A DNA stretch of 64,000 nt. Origin: Candidatus Latescibacterota bacterium. GTDB lineage: Bacteria > Latescibacterota > UBA2968 > GCA-2709665. Positions within the stretch are counted from its first letter, which is position 1; the number at the start of each line of letters is the position of its first letter. The position numbers and the translations under genes were made by a program. The notes under the pieces were generated by a model. That model was not told the origin of the DNA. It saw only the letters and a list, made by a program, of their open reading frames with translations, and did not search any database. Shown here in pieces: positions 19,041 to 28,143 of the stretch. The DNA is taken from assembly GCA_965208835.1 (NCBI GenBank), contig OZ242358.1:4960001-5024000 (forward strand). Direction: 5' to 3'.

Positions 19041-20705
19041 ATGGGTCGGACATCAGATACGGAGATTCGGTACAGCGACGGAGAAGCCGCCGAGAGGGAT
19101 CTGCTCGCCGCCCTCAGGAGTACCTCGGATGTAAGCCTCGAATCCGAGGAACTGATGGGGAAGGTGAAGGATATCGCCTCATATTACTACCTCGGGATTG
19201 GCAGGTCGGCGATATTGAGGTGTCTGGACTTGCCCGCCGAGAGCAGGGTCCTGGAACTTGGCGCTGGGTGCGGGGCCATTACCAGGTACCTTGGCGAAAC
19301 CTTTAAATCCGTGGACGCTATAGACGCAAGTCCTATACGTGCGGAAATCGCCCGTGAGCGGTGCAGGGACCTCGACAACGTTTCGGTACTGTGCAGGGAC
19401 CTTAGAAATGAGAACTTCGATTCCAACTACGATATCGCCGTAATCGTTGGCGTCCTCGAATACGCGCCGGTATTCATCTACCCGGGAGAGGCGCCACGGG
19501 ATGCCTGTTTAAGGTTTCTGAAGCTGGCCCGTAGCGCATTGAACGAGAATGGCAACCTGGTCCTGGCCATAGAAAACCGGATCGGTCTGGACTTCTGGGC
19601 GGGCACTCCGGAGAACCACACGGGAAAACCGTACGACGGCGTTCACGATTACCCGAGTGCAGGATCCCCGATAACGTTCACCCGGACGGAATTGCAGAAA
19701 CTCCTGGCCGATGCGGGATTTGCCCACACGGCATTCCACTATTGTTTTCCGGATTATCATTACGCCTCAACCATCCTCAGTTCAATAGGTGCAGAACGAG
19801 ATTTCTTCCTCCACAACTGGGTTGGTTTTTCTCTTGATTCGCCCAGGAATACAAAAACCCAGACGTTCAATAAACCCCTCGCGGCGAAGACGCTGAGCGA
19901 ATCCGGACTGCTCAGGGAGTTTGCAAACGCGTTTCTGGTGGTGGCAGGCTGCCATCCCGTCCCCGCCGCCAACTGGGTGGCCAGAAAGTACAGCATGAAA
20001 CGCCAACGCCCGTTCCGAATCGTCACCACGCTGTACACGCATTCGGGACCCTTTGTAGAGAAGATCCCACTTCACCCGTCACCAGGGGATTCCCCCGATA
20101 CTGAACATGACCTCGTGAGACTGCGGACGGAAGATGCCGGTTGGGAACCCGGCAACCTGCTCTCTTTCGAGATCGAACAGGCAGCTCTTGGCGGAGACTT
20201 CCCGGATTACCTGGCCAGCCTGATCGACAGATATCACGGAGAGCTCGAATCCAATTATGGAACGGGCCGGAGCGATTCGGAAGGCTATCCCCTGCTCAGT
20301 TCCAGATCTCTGGACGCGGTTTTCGCGAACATCATTCAGAACGAAGACGGCAAATGGCACTTTATCGATGAAGAGTGGCAGACCGAATCGGAAATCTCGA
20401 TCGACTTCATGCTCTACCGGTGTATCCGGTTCTGCCTCTTCAGCCACGGTGTCCGTGACGCGCAGGCGAAAGCGATGATACGATCCCTGTATCCTTCATA
20501 CAGTCGAACCAGACACAAAAAAAACCGCGCACTGGCGGATGCCTTTCAGCGGGAGACTTACCTGGAAACAATCGATCTCAGAGTGTTTAAAGGGAATCTG
20601 CTGGGACGCATCGTCAGGAACGACGTGGTCCGCCCCTGCCTGGAGAAGCTCTGGCGCCGGACACCACACGGTATCCGGTCATTCATCAGGCGTCATCTTC
20701 TGTAA
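19041..20705 (+). CDS. Class I SAM-dependent methyltransferase with C-terminal extension (glycan-locus type)
   Basis: VLELGAGCGAITRYL, VGVLEY, AIENRIGL and FPDY. Confidence 0.8.
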   Translation: MGRTSDTEIRYSDGEAAERDLLAALRSTSDVSLESEELMGKVKDIASYYYLGIGRSAILRCLDLPAESRVLELGAGCGAITRYLGETFKSVDAIDASPIRAEIARERCRDLDNVSVLCRDLRNENFDSNYDIAVIVGVLEYAPVFIYPGEAPRDACLRFLKLARSALNENGNLVLAIENRIGLDFWAGTPENHTGKPYDGVHDYPSAGSPITFTRTELQKLLADAGFAHTAFHYCFPDYHYASTILSSIGAERDFFLHNWVGFSLDSPRNTKTQTFNKPLAAKTLSESGLLREFANAFLVVAGCHPVPAANWVARKYSMKRQRPFRIVTTLYTHSGPFVEKIPLHPSPGDSPDTEHDLVRLRTEDAGWEPGNLLSFEIEQAALGGDFPDYLASLIDRYHGELESNYGTGRSDSEGYPLLSSRSLDAVFANIIQNEDGKWHFIDEEWQTESEISIDFMLYRCIRFCLFSHGVRDAQAKAMIRSLYPSYSRTRHKKNRALADAFQRETYLETIDLRVFKGNLLGRIVRNDVVRPCLEKLWRRTPHGIRSFIRRHLL

Positions 20706-21774
20706 CGATTTTGCTGTACACATCGAGCGTTTGTTGAGCTGTGCGGCGCCATGAAAATTCCAAAGCCCTCCGAATTCCCTTCGCACTCAGTTCAGCGCAC
20801 ATTGCCGGGTCATTCGTCAGTCTGCAGATGGCATCCTCAATGTCTTCGACCTTGTAGGGGTCCACTAACAACGCGGCATCGCCCGCAACTTCCGGCAAAC
20901 TCGATGTATCGCTGGTGATTACGGGACATCCGCACGCCATTGCCTCCAGAACGGGCAGGCCGAAACCCTCGTACATGGATGGATACACAAAACAGCGGGC
21001 GGTTTGAAACAGCCGAATCAACTCTGCTTCGGATACGTAGCCGGTGAAGTCAATGTCATCCTGAAACGCTGCCGGGAAGCGCATTATATCGTCGAAGAGC
21101 CATCCCTCCTTTCCAACAATGACCAGTCTGTCCCTGGTTTTTTCTTTTTCCCGAAGAGAGACAAAAGCTTCGATAATCCTGTTGAAATTCTTCCTGGGCT
21201 CCAGAGTGCTTACCGCCAGGATGAATTCTTCCCTCGATGCCGACCCCGGTTTAAATTGCTCAGAGACGCCCTCGTGGATGACGTCGATCTTGTTTTCCGG
21301 TATGTTAAAGTGGTGAATGAGGTCCCTTGCGGTACTGTGGCTGACGGCGATGAACCTGTCGACGAATCGGAATCTGTGCTTCAGGATGTATTTGAAGTAG
21401 AGAACCCGTCTGCGTGTCTGCCACTCGGGGAACAGAAGAGGGACGAGGTCGTGCACGGTCATTACAACCTTTGCATCGGGACGAAAGAAAAACGGGGCGG
21501 TCACGGTGGGACAGTGAACCAGATCGAATTCTGAGAGACGTCGAGGCGGCGCGAAAACGGCCGAGAAAAGACCGCTGCCAAACACCAGAGGGGGCGTGTG
21601 GTAAATCAAACCGGCACGTCCGGGAAAGAGCGAACGAGGGGACCGGGACGACGCGATCAGCGTCAGGTCGAGGTCCTCGCTATCGGCAAGCCGGTGGATG
21701 AGATTGTGGATATACTGCTGTACGCCCGCGAAATGTCTGTCTCTCAACGCCTCAACAGTGATCGCGATCTTCAT
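20686..21774 (-). CDS. Glycosyltransferase family 4 (mannosyltransferase MtfB/WbdM-like)
   Basis: MKIAI start, TVHDL, AVSHSTARD, TLEPRKN and PSMYEGFGLPVLEAMACGCPV. Overlaps the methyltransferase convergently by 20 nt. Confidence 0.92.
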   Translation of the reverse strand: MKIAITVEALRDRHFAGVQQYIHNLIHRLADSEDLDLTLIASSRSPRSLFPGRAGLIYHTPPLVFGSGLFSAVFAPPRRLSEFDLVHCPTVTAPFFFRPDAKVVMTVHDLVPLLFPEWQTRRRVLYFKYILKHRFRFVDRFIAVSHSTARDLIHHFNIPENKIDVIHEGVSEQFKPGSASREEFILAVSTLEPRKNFNRIIEAFVSLREKEKTRDRLVIVGKEGWLFDDIMRFPAAFQDDIDFTGYVSEAELIRLFQTARCFVYPSMYEGFGLPVLEAMACGCPVITSDTSSLPEVAGDAALLVDPYKVEDIEDAICRLTNDPAMCAELSAKGIRRALEFSWRRTAQQTLDVYSKIVTEDDA

Positions 21775-21826
21775 GGATCGTTGTATCTCCGGCTGATATG
21801 ACGGTTCCGGTCCACTATGATCCAAG

Positions 21827-21856
21827 AATATATCACGGTAGCGTGTAAGTTGTCAA
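21827..21856 (-). promoter_or_regulatory. Candidate sigma70 promoter for the GT4 gene
   Basis: Minus strand TTGACA-N18-TATATT with a TGn extension. Confidence 0.45.
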
Positions 21857-21938
21857 ACGGCCAGCGCATGATTCCCTGTCCGTCCATCCTGTACAACCAG
21901 TCGCACCTGAAGAATCCGCACAACGCGAGGGACCGGAC

Positions 21939-24317
21939 TTGAACAGGAAACGAACGACTGGATCGACCCAGCCAGGGGGGGCCACAATTTCACGACCGGC
22001 CATTATCGCGTCGGCGTTTCTTGGTCTCCATATCCTGCCGCTCATCTGGCGACCCAATCCCCTATGGGGCGTGGACTTTCTTTTCTATCTGCCCACTCCG
22101 GTCCAGGGCCTGTTTGTTTTTCTTTCGGCCCTGTTGTTCGTTCCTGGCGTCCGTCGCGGAATCCGTGCGTGCGCAAACGCGCTCCCGCTCGCGCTCTGGG
22201 GTCGGGGTCGGCGCGTCTGGTTATCCCGAGCACTTGTTGTCCTGATCGCCCTCGTCGGCTTTGTCCTGCTCTCCACCGCTCGCCACTTCCTGGGCGACGG
22301 CTACCCCGTGCTGGAGAATCTGGAAGCGGGAATCTGGATCAATTCCCCCAGGGCGCCGCTTAGCTGGGCGCTTATTCGCGCGCTGCACGACGTGTGCCAA
22401 CCATACTGGAAGACTGCTGAAAACACGTATCGCATGTACAGTTATGCGTCGGGAGTTCTCTATGTCCTGCTCGCCTTCCCCGTTGCCGGCGCGATAGGGA
22501 AGACAGGTCGGGATAGATCCATCGTATTTGCCTTCCTGCTCACGGCGGGATACATCCAGCTGTTCTTTGGATACGTAGAGCACTATCCCCTTTACATGCC
22601 CGGTCTCCTCCTTTACCTCTTCCTGGGCTTGCAGGCACTGAAACTACGTTTGACCCTGTTTGCCCCCGCGTCCGTACTAGGGGTGCTGATCGCCCTTCAC
22701 ACGGCCTTTACTGTCTTCGCACCCTCGCTGGTCTTCCTTGCATATCGCGCCTTTCGCCAACGGCCGGACCTCATCCCATCCTGGAAAAACGCACTCACGA
22801 AATTTGCGGCGTTGTGTTGTGTCCCGGTCACGGCCGCGTTTTTTGTCGGTTTATGCGACATCGGCTTCGAAGCGTACGTGAGTCGTATGGGCGGCAGGAA
22901 CTTCCTTCCTCTTTTTTCGGAACCCGGATATCTTTCGCAATACCGAATCTTCTCGCCGGCGCATGTCCTGGACTTCCTCAATCAGCAATTACTCGCGGCC
23001 CCGGCCGTGTGTATGTCCCTTTTCCTGGTCGACAGGAAAAACTTCGCCATTCGACCCTTCCTCGCCGTCTGCGCATTTCTTCCGCTCTTGTTCACGTTTG
23101 TCGCCAACCCGGAGATCGGCGCTTTTCGAGACTGGGATGCCTTCTCCTTGCCGGCGCTACCGCTCACGCTGTGGACCGCCGCAGCGTTTCTCGAGAGCAA
23201 AAACACCGGCAATAGCCGCTTCGATACCGCTTTCGTCATCTGCGGCGCGGCGGCGCTGCATACGCTTGCATGGGTCGGCGTCAACTCCAGCGCATCTGCC
23301 ACCCACGCCCGCTTTATCCATCTGACGGGCCGCCTCACCGGCAGCGCCGGTGTCAACAGCTGGACGGTACTCGGCACCTTCCACGAGGCGAGAAAGAATG
23401 ACCCGGCAGCCTTACGGGCATACAAGCGGGCACTGCGTGTGGATCCGACCAATCCCAATCGATGGTTAATCGTCGGCAACTTTCTTCGCACGACCGGTCG
23501 GCACACGATCGCCATCAAATATTATGAAAGAGCCGTCGCACTCATCCCCGCCGACGCGATCCCGTATTTGAAACTCGGCTCTGTCCATAGTGATCTCGGC
23601 CAGTTCGACAGCGCCATAGAATACACCAGGAAGGCCATCGCGCTCGATCCCAATCTCGCTGTCGCTCACATTAACCTCAGCACCATTTACAGGAAAACCG
23701 GCAAGTTCGACAAAGCCGTCCAACACCTCGAAAAAGCCGCCGCGTTACGACGAAATGACGCCGAAATCCACGAGCATCTTGCCGAGATGTACCAGGACAT
23801 GGGAGAGAATGAAAAAGCCATCCGCTACCTTGAAAGAGCGAGTTTGCTGCGACCCCGCCATACCCGGACTCTGGTGAACCTAGCACTTGCCAACAGCGAC
23901 GCAGGGAAGAACAAACGGGCTATCGAACTCCTCAAGGAAGCGGCTGCGCTGGAACCCGAATTCGCGGCGGTCCACTTGAACCTCGGTGTTATCTACATTA
24001 GAATCGACCAGCACGCCACCGGCATCAAATCTCTTTCAAAGGCCAATGAACTCAAGCCGGAAGATCCGCTCACTTTGCAGAACATCGGCTTCGCGTACTT
24101 CGACCTCGGGAAACACGAAAAAGCGGTACCATATCTTCAAAGGGCCATCCAACTGGACCCCGGCGCCGCAGACGCGCACATTTTGCTGGGAATGGTCTAC
24201 CGTGCCCTGAAACACGGCGACGAGGCCAGGGTCCATTTCGAGAAGATCCTGGAACTGGAGCCCGGCCACCCTCAGGCCGCTCAGATCAGAGAATGGTTGG
24301 GGCAGACCCCAGAATAG
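21939..24317 (+). CDS. Polytopic membrane protein with C-terminal TPR array (TMTC-like architecture)
   Basis: About 450 aa hydrophobic N-terminal half, followed by about 9 TPR repeats (for example AIEYTRKAIALDPNLAVAHINL, AVPYLQRAIQLDPGAADAH). Confidence 0.85.
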   Translation: MNRKRTTGSTQPGGATISRPAIIASAFLGLHILPLIWRPNPLWGVDFLFYLPTPVQGLFVFLSALLFVPGVRRGIRACANALPLALWGRGRRVWLSRALVVLIALVGFVLLSTARHFLGDGYPVLENLEAGIWINSPRAPLSWALIRALHDVCQPYWKTAENTYRMYSYASGVLYVLLAFPVAGAIGKTGRDRSIVFAFLLTAGYIQLFFGYVEHYPLYMPGLLLYLFLGLQALKLRLTLFAPASVLGVLIALHTAFTVFAPSLVFLAYRAFRQRPDLIPSWKNALTKFAALCCVPVTAAFFVGLCDIGFEAYVSRMGGRNFLPLFSEPGYLSQYRIFSPAHVLDFLNQQLLAAPAVCMSLFLVDRKNFAIRPFLAVCAFLPLLFTFVANPEIGAFRDWDAFSLPALPLTLWTAAAFLESKNTGNSRFDTAFVICGAAALHTLAWVGVNSSASATHARFIHLTGRLTGSAGVNSWTVLGTFHEARKNDPAALRAYKRALRVDPTNPNRWLIVGNFLRTTGRHTIAIKYYERAVALIPADAIPYLKLGSVHSDLGQFDSAIEYTRKAIALDPNLAVAHINLSTIYRKTGKFDKAVQHLEKAAALRRNDAEIHEHLAEMYQDMGENEKAIRYLERASLLRPRHTRTLVNLALANSDAGKNKRAIELLKEAAALEPEFAAVHLNLGVIYIRIDQHATGIKSLSKANELKPEDPLTLQNIGFAYFDLGKHEKAVPYLQRAIQLDPGAADAHILLGMVYRALKHGDEARVHFEKILELEPGHPQAAQIREWLGQTPE

Positions 24318-24388
24318 CACCCGCACCGTCCCCAAGCCGTTAACGATATGTACACGGGATGTAGATCAGCGATATCCGCGCCAGCAGC

Positions 24389-24450
24389 GGGCGACCGGCC
24401 GGTCGCCCCTACAAATGCAATTAAGGCGCGGCGAGGGCAGGATGCCCTCG
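24389..24450. repeat. GTAG-type REP plus a second short palindrome
   Basis: gggcgaccggccggtcgccc-ctac, followed by cgagggcaggatgccctcg. Confidence 0.7.
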
Positions 24451-24608
24451 ATCCCGGGGATCTCTCCACCCGGCGCTCGGAAGGAGCCGTCAGCTATCAG
24501 CCATTAGCTGTCAGTTAAAGACAAAAACCGAATCGTGTGACGTCAACGCCATTTTGTATCCGACCGCGAAAGGAGGATCTCCCCCCACCGCATCAGCCTT
24601 CGCCGGTC

Positions 24609-24699
24609 CTTTCGACAAGCTCAATGCAGGCAAGCTCAGAGCAAATGCTCAGATGACCGGCTCGGCTTCTGCGACTCCCCCTCAAGGGGGGAGTGATTG
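24609..24699. repeat. REP-like composite element, inverted copy of the 36877 element
   Basis: ttcgacaagctcaatg, plus ggctcggcttctgcgactccccctcaaggggggagtgatt, which is the reverse complement of the sequence at 36877-36915. Confidence 0.8.
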
Positions 24700-24812
24700 G
24701 ACCGTCAAGCGGGCGCTCTGGTTCGCAAATACCTTCTGGTCGCGGCTGAACAAATCGAAGCCGCGATACGTACCCTTAATGTATCCCCCCTTCAAAGGAA
24801 CTATCCCTAAGC

Positions 24813-24848
24813 ACCCGGATTCCTGCGTGGGTCCGGGGACTTTTTTTG
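24813..24848 (+). terminator. Possible intrinsic terminator
   Basis: cccggattc...gggtccggg stem with G-U pairs, followed by a T-run. Confidence 0.45.
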
Positions 24849-24875
24849 CGTGAGGTCACGCCCCCGAATCAGTGA

Positions 24876-24940
24876 GGCAGATTTGGCAGAACTAATACGC
24901 CATTTTGGCATTACCATAAATCGTATATGCCAAAATGGCA
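24876..24940. promoter_or_regulatory. Candidate upstream activating sequences (bEBP sites) for the Hsp20 promoter
   Basis: Three related boxes: ggcagatttggca (24876), cgccattttggca (24898) and tgccaaaatggca (24928). Confidence 0.6.
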
Positions 24941-25006
24941 TATACATACCTCAGAAACGGGACTTATATTCCGATTCTTCAAGTGTCATTTTTCGGTATA
25001 TTTACA

Positions 25007-25019
25007 TAAACTATTGATT
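25007..25019 (-). promoter_or_regulatory. IHF binding site
   Basis: Minus strand AATCAATAGTTTA matches WATCAANNNNTTR. It lies in an AT-rich spacer between the UAS and the -24/-12 box. Confidence 0.6.
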
Positions 25020-25059
25020 TTTATGGATATGATTGAAGCGTGATTCAGTCTCGGCGATA

Positions 25060-25076
25060 TTGGCACGGGGCTTGCG
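25060..25076 (+). promoter_or_regulatory. Sigma54 (-24/-12) promoter
   Basis: TTGGCACGGGGCTTGCG is a near-perfect match to YTGGCACGRNNNTTGCW, about 100 nt upstream of hsp20. Confidence 0.8.
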
Positions 25077-25176
25077 AAGGGTTATTGGCACAGGCTCGAG
25101 GGCGAGCAGGAAGTTCTCGAAACCCTCAACAGCAACAATTCGTCGGGAAAACCGTTAACCAAAAGGAGGATTTACC

Positions 25177-25611
25177 ATGACACTCACCAGGTGGCAACCC
25201 AGGCGGCGCTTCGGGCTCGTTCCCGAGATCGATCGGTTCTTCGACAGCTTCTGGAGAGGTCCGCAACACGATCTCCCGGTACTGTCCACGTGGAGTCCGG
25301 CGACCGACGTGCAGGAGACCGACAAGGAACTGCTGGTTCACGTGGAGCTTCCCGGCCTGTCCAAGAATGACATCAAGGTCAACATGGACAACGGCGTGCT
25401 GACCGTCCAGGGCGAGAAGCAGCACGCGTCCGGGGAGAAGGAGAATCGGTACCACGTCTCCGAGCGGGCCTACGGTCGCTTTGCACGGTCGTTCACGCTT
25501 CCGTCCGAAGTGGACGCGGAGAAGATCAAGGCCGGATTCGAAAACGGCGTGCTCACGCTCACCCTTCCGAAGCTGAAGGCGGCCACGCCCACCGCGATCG
25601 AGATCGCGTAA
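25177..25611 (+). CDS. Small heat shock protein Hsp20 (alpha-crystallin domain)
   Basis: AGGAGG RBS, with motifs ELPGL, ERAYGRFARSFTLP, AGFENGVLTLTLPK and the C-terminal IEI. Confidence 0.95.
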   Translation: MTLTRWQPRRRFGLVPEIDRFFDSFWRGPQHDLPVLSTWSPATDVQETDKELLVHVELPGLSKNDIKVNMDNGVLTVQGEKQHASGEKENRYHVSERAYGRFARSFTLPSEVDAEKIKAGFENGVLTLTLPKLKAATPTAIEIA

Positions 25612-25625
25612 CACGCAGCGCGCAC

Positions 25626-25664
25626 AAAAAAAGAGACCGACTGAAACACTGTCGGTCTCTTTTT
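25626..25664. terminator. Bidirectional intrinsic terminator
   Basis: A-run, then gagaccgac-N9-gtcggtctc, then a T-run, between convergent hsp20 and mazF. Confidence 0.85.
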
Positions 25665-25673
25665 CTCTAAGCC

Positions 25674-25867
25674 AAGAGCGGGTAGACGTAAGCCGGGAGA
25701 GGGGAGACGTAAGCCGGGAGAGGGGAGAGATCGGATGCCGTAAAGGGATTCCTTTTTTGCTGCAGACAAGTCGGAGGAACAAGCCGGCATAGGCTTCTTC
25801 TACCGTCTACCCTCTTCCCTCTACCCGCATTTTTTCTACCGGCTTCCCTCTCCCGTCTCACCGCCTT
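25674..25867 (+). repeat. Heptamer-armed hairpin repeat, copy 2
   Basis: aagagcgggtagacgtaagccgggagagggg...tctaccgtctaccctcttccctctacccgc...tctcaccgcctt. Confidence 0.88.
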
Positions 25868-25888
25868 CAGGGGGTAGGTACTCATCCG

Positions 25889-26218
25889 TCAGAATTCGAG
25901 GTCCAGCGCGACGGCGAGCGCGCTGTCCAGCGCCCGGACCTTTTGCGGAGACAGGGCTCCGATGAAATGCTTCAATGCGGATTTTGGAATGCTGATCAGC
26001 TGGTCGCAGAAAATGCTGCTGTCGTGTTTCAGGCCCTCATCCACCCCCACGAGTACCTGCGTGGAAAGCGCGTCGAATGAAGAAAAAATCGGCGCACAGA
26101 TCACGCTCGAAAACCTGGAGTCAATAAGCGCCTGGCGGCTGACGATGACAAATACCCGGTAGTTCCGCGGGTCCTCACGCGATCCCCTGTAGACTCTGTA
26201 GAGCTCTCCGCGAGTCAC
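25889..26218 (-). CDS. mazF: MazF/PemK-family endoribonuclease toxin
   Basis: [33 protein letters not shown] and ALDLEF. Overlaps the antitoxin gene by 4 nt. Confidence 0.88.
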   Translation of the reverse strand: MTRGELYRVYRGSREDPRNYRVFVIVSRQALIDSRFSSVICAPIFSSFDALSTQVLVGVDEGLKHDSSIFCDQLISIPKSALKHFIGALSPQKVRALDSALAVALDLEF

Positions 26219-26454
26219 AGGTCGACCTGCCAGGAGAGTACGTCCTTCGCCTCATCGTTCAACTCCGACGCCTTCCGGTCCAGAATCTCCGCATCGCGGG
26301 AATCCCGGATCCGCCGTCTCAACAGAGCGACGTATTGACTCAATGCCGCTTCCAGGAACGCGGACCGGTTTTTCGGCGTATCGGGCGCCTTCAGCAGGCT
26401 GTCCATATCCCGGACCAGCCCCTCGGACAGGGTAATGGAAGTTTTTATTTTCAT
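26215..26454 (-). CDS. Antitoxin with ribbon-helix-helix DNA-binding domain
   Basis: [11 protein letters not shown]...[13 protein letters not shown] pattern, 79 aa, directly upstream of mazF. Confidence 0.82.
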   Translation of the reverse strand: MKIKTSITLSEGLVRDMDSLLKAPDTPKNRSAFLEAALSQYVALLRRRIRDSRDAEILDRKASELNDEAKDVLSWQVDL

Positions 26455-26488
26455 CCGGCCATCCTCATGAAAATGCGAAAGGTAGTAT

Positions 26489-26530
26489 ATTTATCTTACT
26501 AAAAGTAGGATAAATGGATATGTTTGTCAA
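26489..26530 (-). promoter_or_regulatory. Sigma70 promoter with overlapping operator palindrome for the mazEF-type module
   Basis: Minus strand TTGACA-N17-TACTTT. The inverted repeat atttatcttact-aaa-agtaggataaat (26489-26515, one mismatch) covers the -10 box. Confidence 0.7.
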
Positions 26531-26545
26531 ATAAAGCAGTCGGCT

Positions 26546-26753
26546 AAGAGCGGGAAGAGGAAAGACGTTAGACGGGAGAGTAACACACACCCCGACACCA
26601 CCTGGGGAGACGTGAGCCGGGAGACGGGAGAGATTATCTGCCTTGTAAGGATTCTTCTCGTGCCGGAGGCAGAGAGGAAAAACACACCGGGCAAGGATAT
26701 CATCTACCGTCTAACCTCTTACCTCTACCCGCCTTTAGGCGACCTCTCTCCCC
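26546..26753 (+). repeat. Heptamer-armed hairpin repeat, copy 3 (with extra caccacctgg module)
   Basis: Same arms, core tgccggaggca. The 3' flank cctttaggcgacctctc is shared with copy 5. Confidence 0.88.
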
Positions 26754-26765
26754 GGCCCCTCAGAA

Positions 26766-26930
26766 CCGGTAAGAGGTGAGACGTTAGACGGGAGAGATTG
26801 CCTGCCTTGTGAGGATTCTTTTCGTGCCAAAGGCAACGAGGAATAACATGCCCGGCAATGATCTCATCTACCGTCTACCCTCTCACCTCTACCCGCATTT
26901 CTTCTACCGTCTACCCTCTTCCCTCTCCCC
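26766..26930 (+). repeat. Heptamer-armed hairpin repeat, copy 4
   Basis: gagacgttagacgggagagattgcctgccttg...tgccaaaggca...tctaccgtctaccctctcacctctaccc. Overlaps the 3' end of the HMT gene. Confidence 0.88.
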
Positions 26931-27902
26931 GTCTTTTACGACCGGTCTCATGGATTCGATGTGCTCGGGGCCGGTCGCACAGCAGCCGCCGATGATCTGC
27001 GCACCCATGGCCTTCCACGCGCCGGCGTAATCGGCAAGTCGATCGGGGGTGTTGTCGCCCTGCTGCAGGATTTCGGCCGGATCATCCGGCGTTTCTTCGC
27101 CCTCAGCCGGTCCCAGCGGCGCGAGCGGACGGTATCCGATATTCGGGTACGCGCCCACGCAGCCGTCGAATGCCTCCCTGAGGAGGGGAAGGCCGGCCGA
27201 GACCTCTTCCGGCGGCGTGCACATGAGCAGCACGCCGGCGACACCGCGGCCTTCCAGAGACGCGGCGAGGTCCTCCAGACGTTCCTCGTATTGCATGGTC
27301 CCGTCTTCCCGGATATGCCGGACACCCAGAAAGACAGGCAGGCCGGACGCCGCACCGGCATCCGCGGCCGCCACACAGTCGGCAACATATCCCACGTATT
27401 CCACCCAGACCGCGTCCACGCGCACCCCGGCCAGCAGCTTCGCGTGGTCGCGAATCTCCTTCCGGTACGCGTCCTCCCCCAGAATGTCCACGTCGGACGC
27501 GGTGCCGCCAACCCGCCTCTGGACACACGGCGGCGCGATGCCGCCGGCCACAAACGCATCCGGATTCACGGCATCGCGCGCGGCTATCGCGTTTTCGCCC
27601 GCGGCTGTCGCGTACGCTTCCCACCTGTCGCCCAGGCCGATGGGTTCCATCCGCGTGGGGCTCGTCCAGAAATTGTTGCTGATGATGATATCGGCGCCCG
27701 CCCGCAGGTAGTCCCCGTGGACCTCCCTCACCGCTTCGGGCGCGTCGATATTGGCCGTGGCGGACCAGGCCTGGAGGCCGTCCTCCGTTGTGGCGCCCTT
27801 CAGCACGTCGACACCTCGACGCTGCAGCTCAGATCCCGTTCCGCCATCCAGGAGCAGCGTATCACCGCTCTCGAGTCGATCCAGAATTCCATTTGTAGAC
27901 AT
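26904..27902 (-). CDS. Homocysteine S-methyltransferase family protein
   Basis: LLDGGTGSEL, YLRAGADII, LLMC, GAYPN and IIGGCCATGPEHI (Zn ligands), with an AGGAGG RBS. Confidence 0.9.
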   Translation of the reverse strand: MSTNGILDRLESGDTLLLDGGTGSELQRRGVDVLKGATTEDGLQAWSATANIDAPEAVREVHGDYLRAGADIIISNNFWTSPTRMEPIGLGDRWEAYATAAGENAIAARDAVNPDAFVAGGIAPPCVQRRVGGTASDVDILGEDAYRKEIRDHAKLLAGVRVDAVWVEYVGYVADCVAAADAGAASGLPVFLGVRHIREDGTMQYEERLEDLAASLEGRGVAGVLLMCTPPEEVSAGLPLLREAFDGCVGAYPNIGYRPLAPLGPAEGEETPDDPAEILQQGDNTPDRLADYAGAWKAMGAQIIGGCCATGPEHIESMRPVVKDGEREEGRR

Positions 27903-27918
27903 CGATTCCTCCTTATAA

Positions 27919-28142
27919 AAACGGGGAGAGGGGAGACGTTAGACGGGAGAGATCGGATGCCGTAAAGGGATTCTTTTTTGCCGCCGGCAAGTCGGAGGAA
28001 CAAATCGGCAAGGGCTTCTTCTACCGTCTACCCTCTTCCCTCTACCCGCATTTCTTCTACCGTCTCACCTCTACCGTCTACCCGCATTTCTTCTACCGTC
28101 TACCCTCTTACCTCTACCCGCCTTTAGGCGACCTCTCGCCCC
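27919..28142 (+). repeat. Heptamer-armed hairpin repeat, copy 5
   Basis: Core nearly identical to copy 2 (gatcggatgccgtaaagggattc...aagtcggaggaacaa), with an expanded pyrimidine arm. Confidence 0.88.
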
Positions 28143-28143
28143 G

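Noticed and set aside
25126-25885. Short ORFs ending in SRLTS/LSPLP-like peptides (also 1118-1303, 27800-28003, 30524-30881, 44255-44449, 45243-45563)
   Set aside because: They are translations of the heptamer repeat and overlap real genes or spacers.
25674-28142. CRISPR array suggested by clustered repeats
   Set aside because: The units are degenerate heptamers inside long hairpins. There is no constant repeat with regular unique spacers, and no cas genes.
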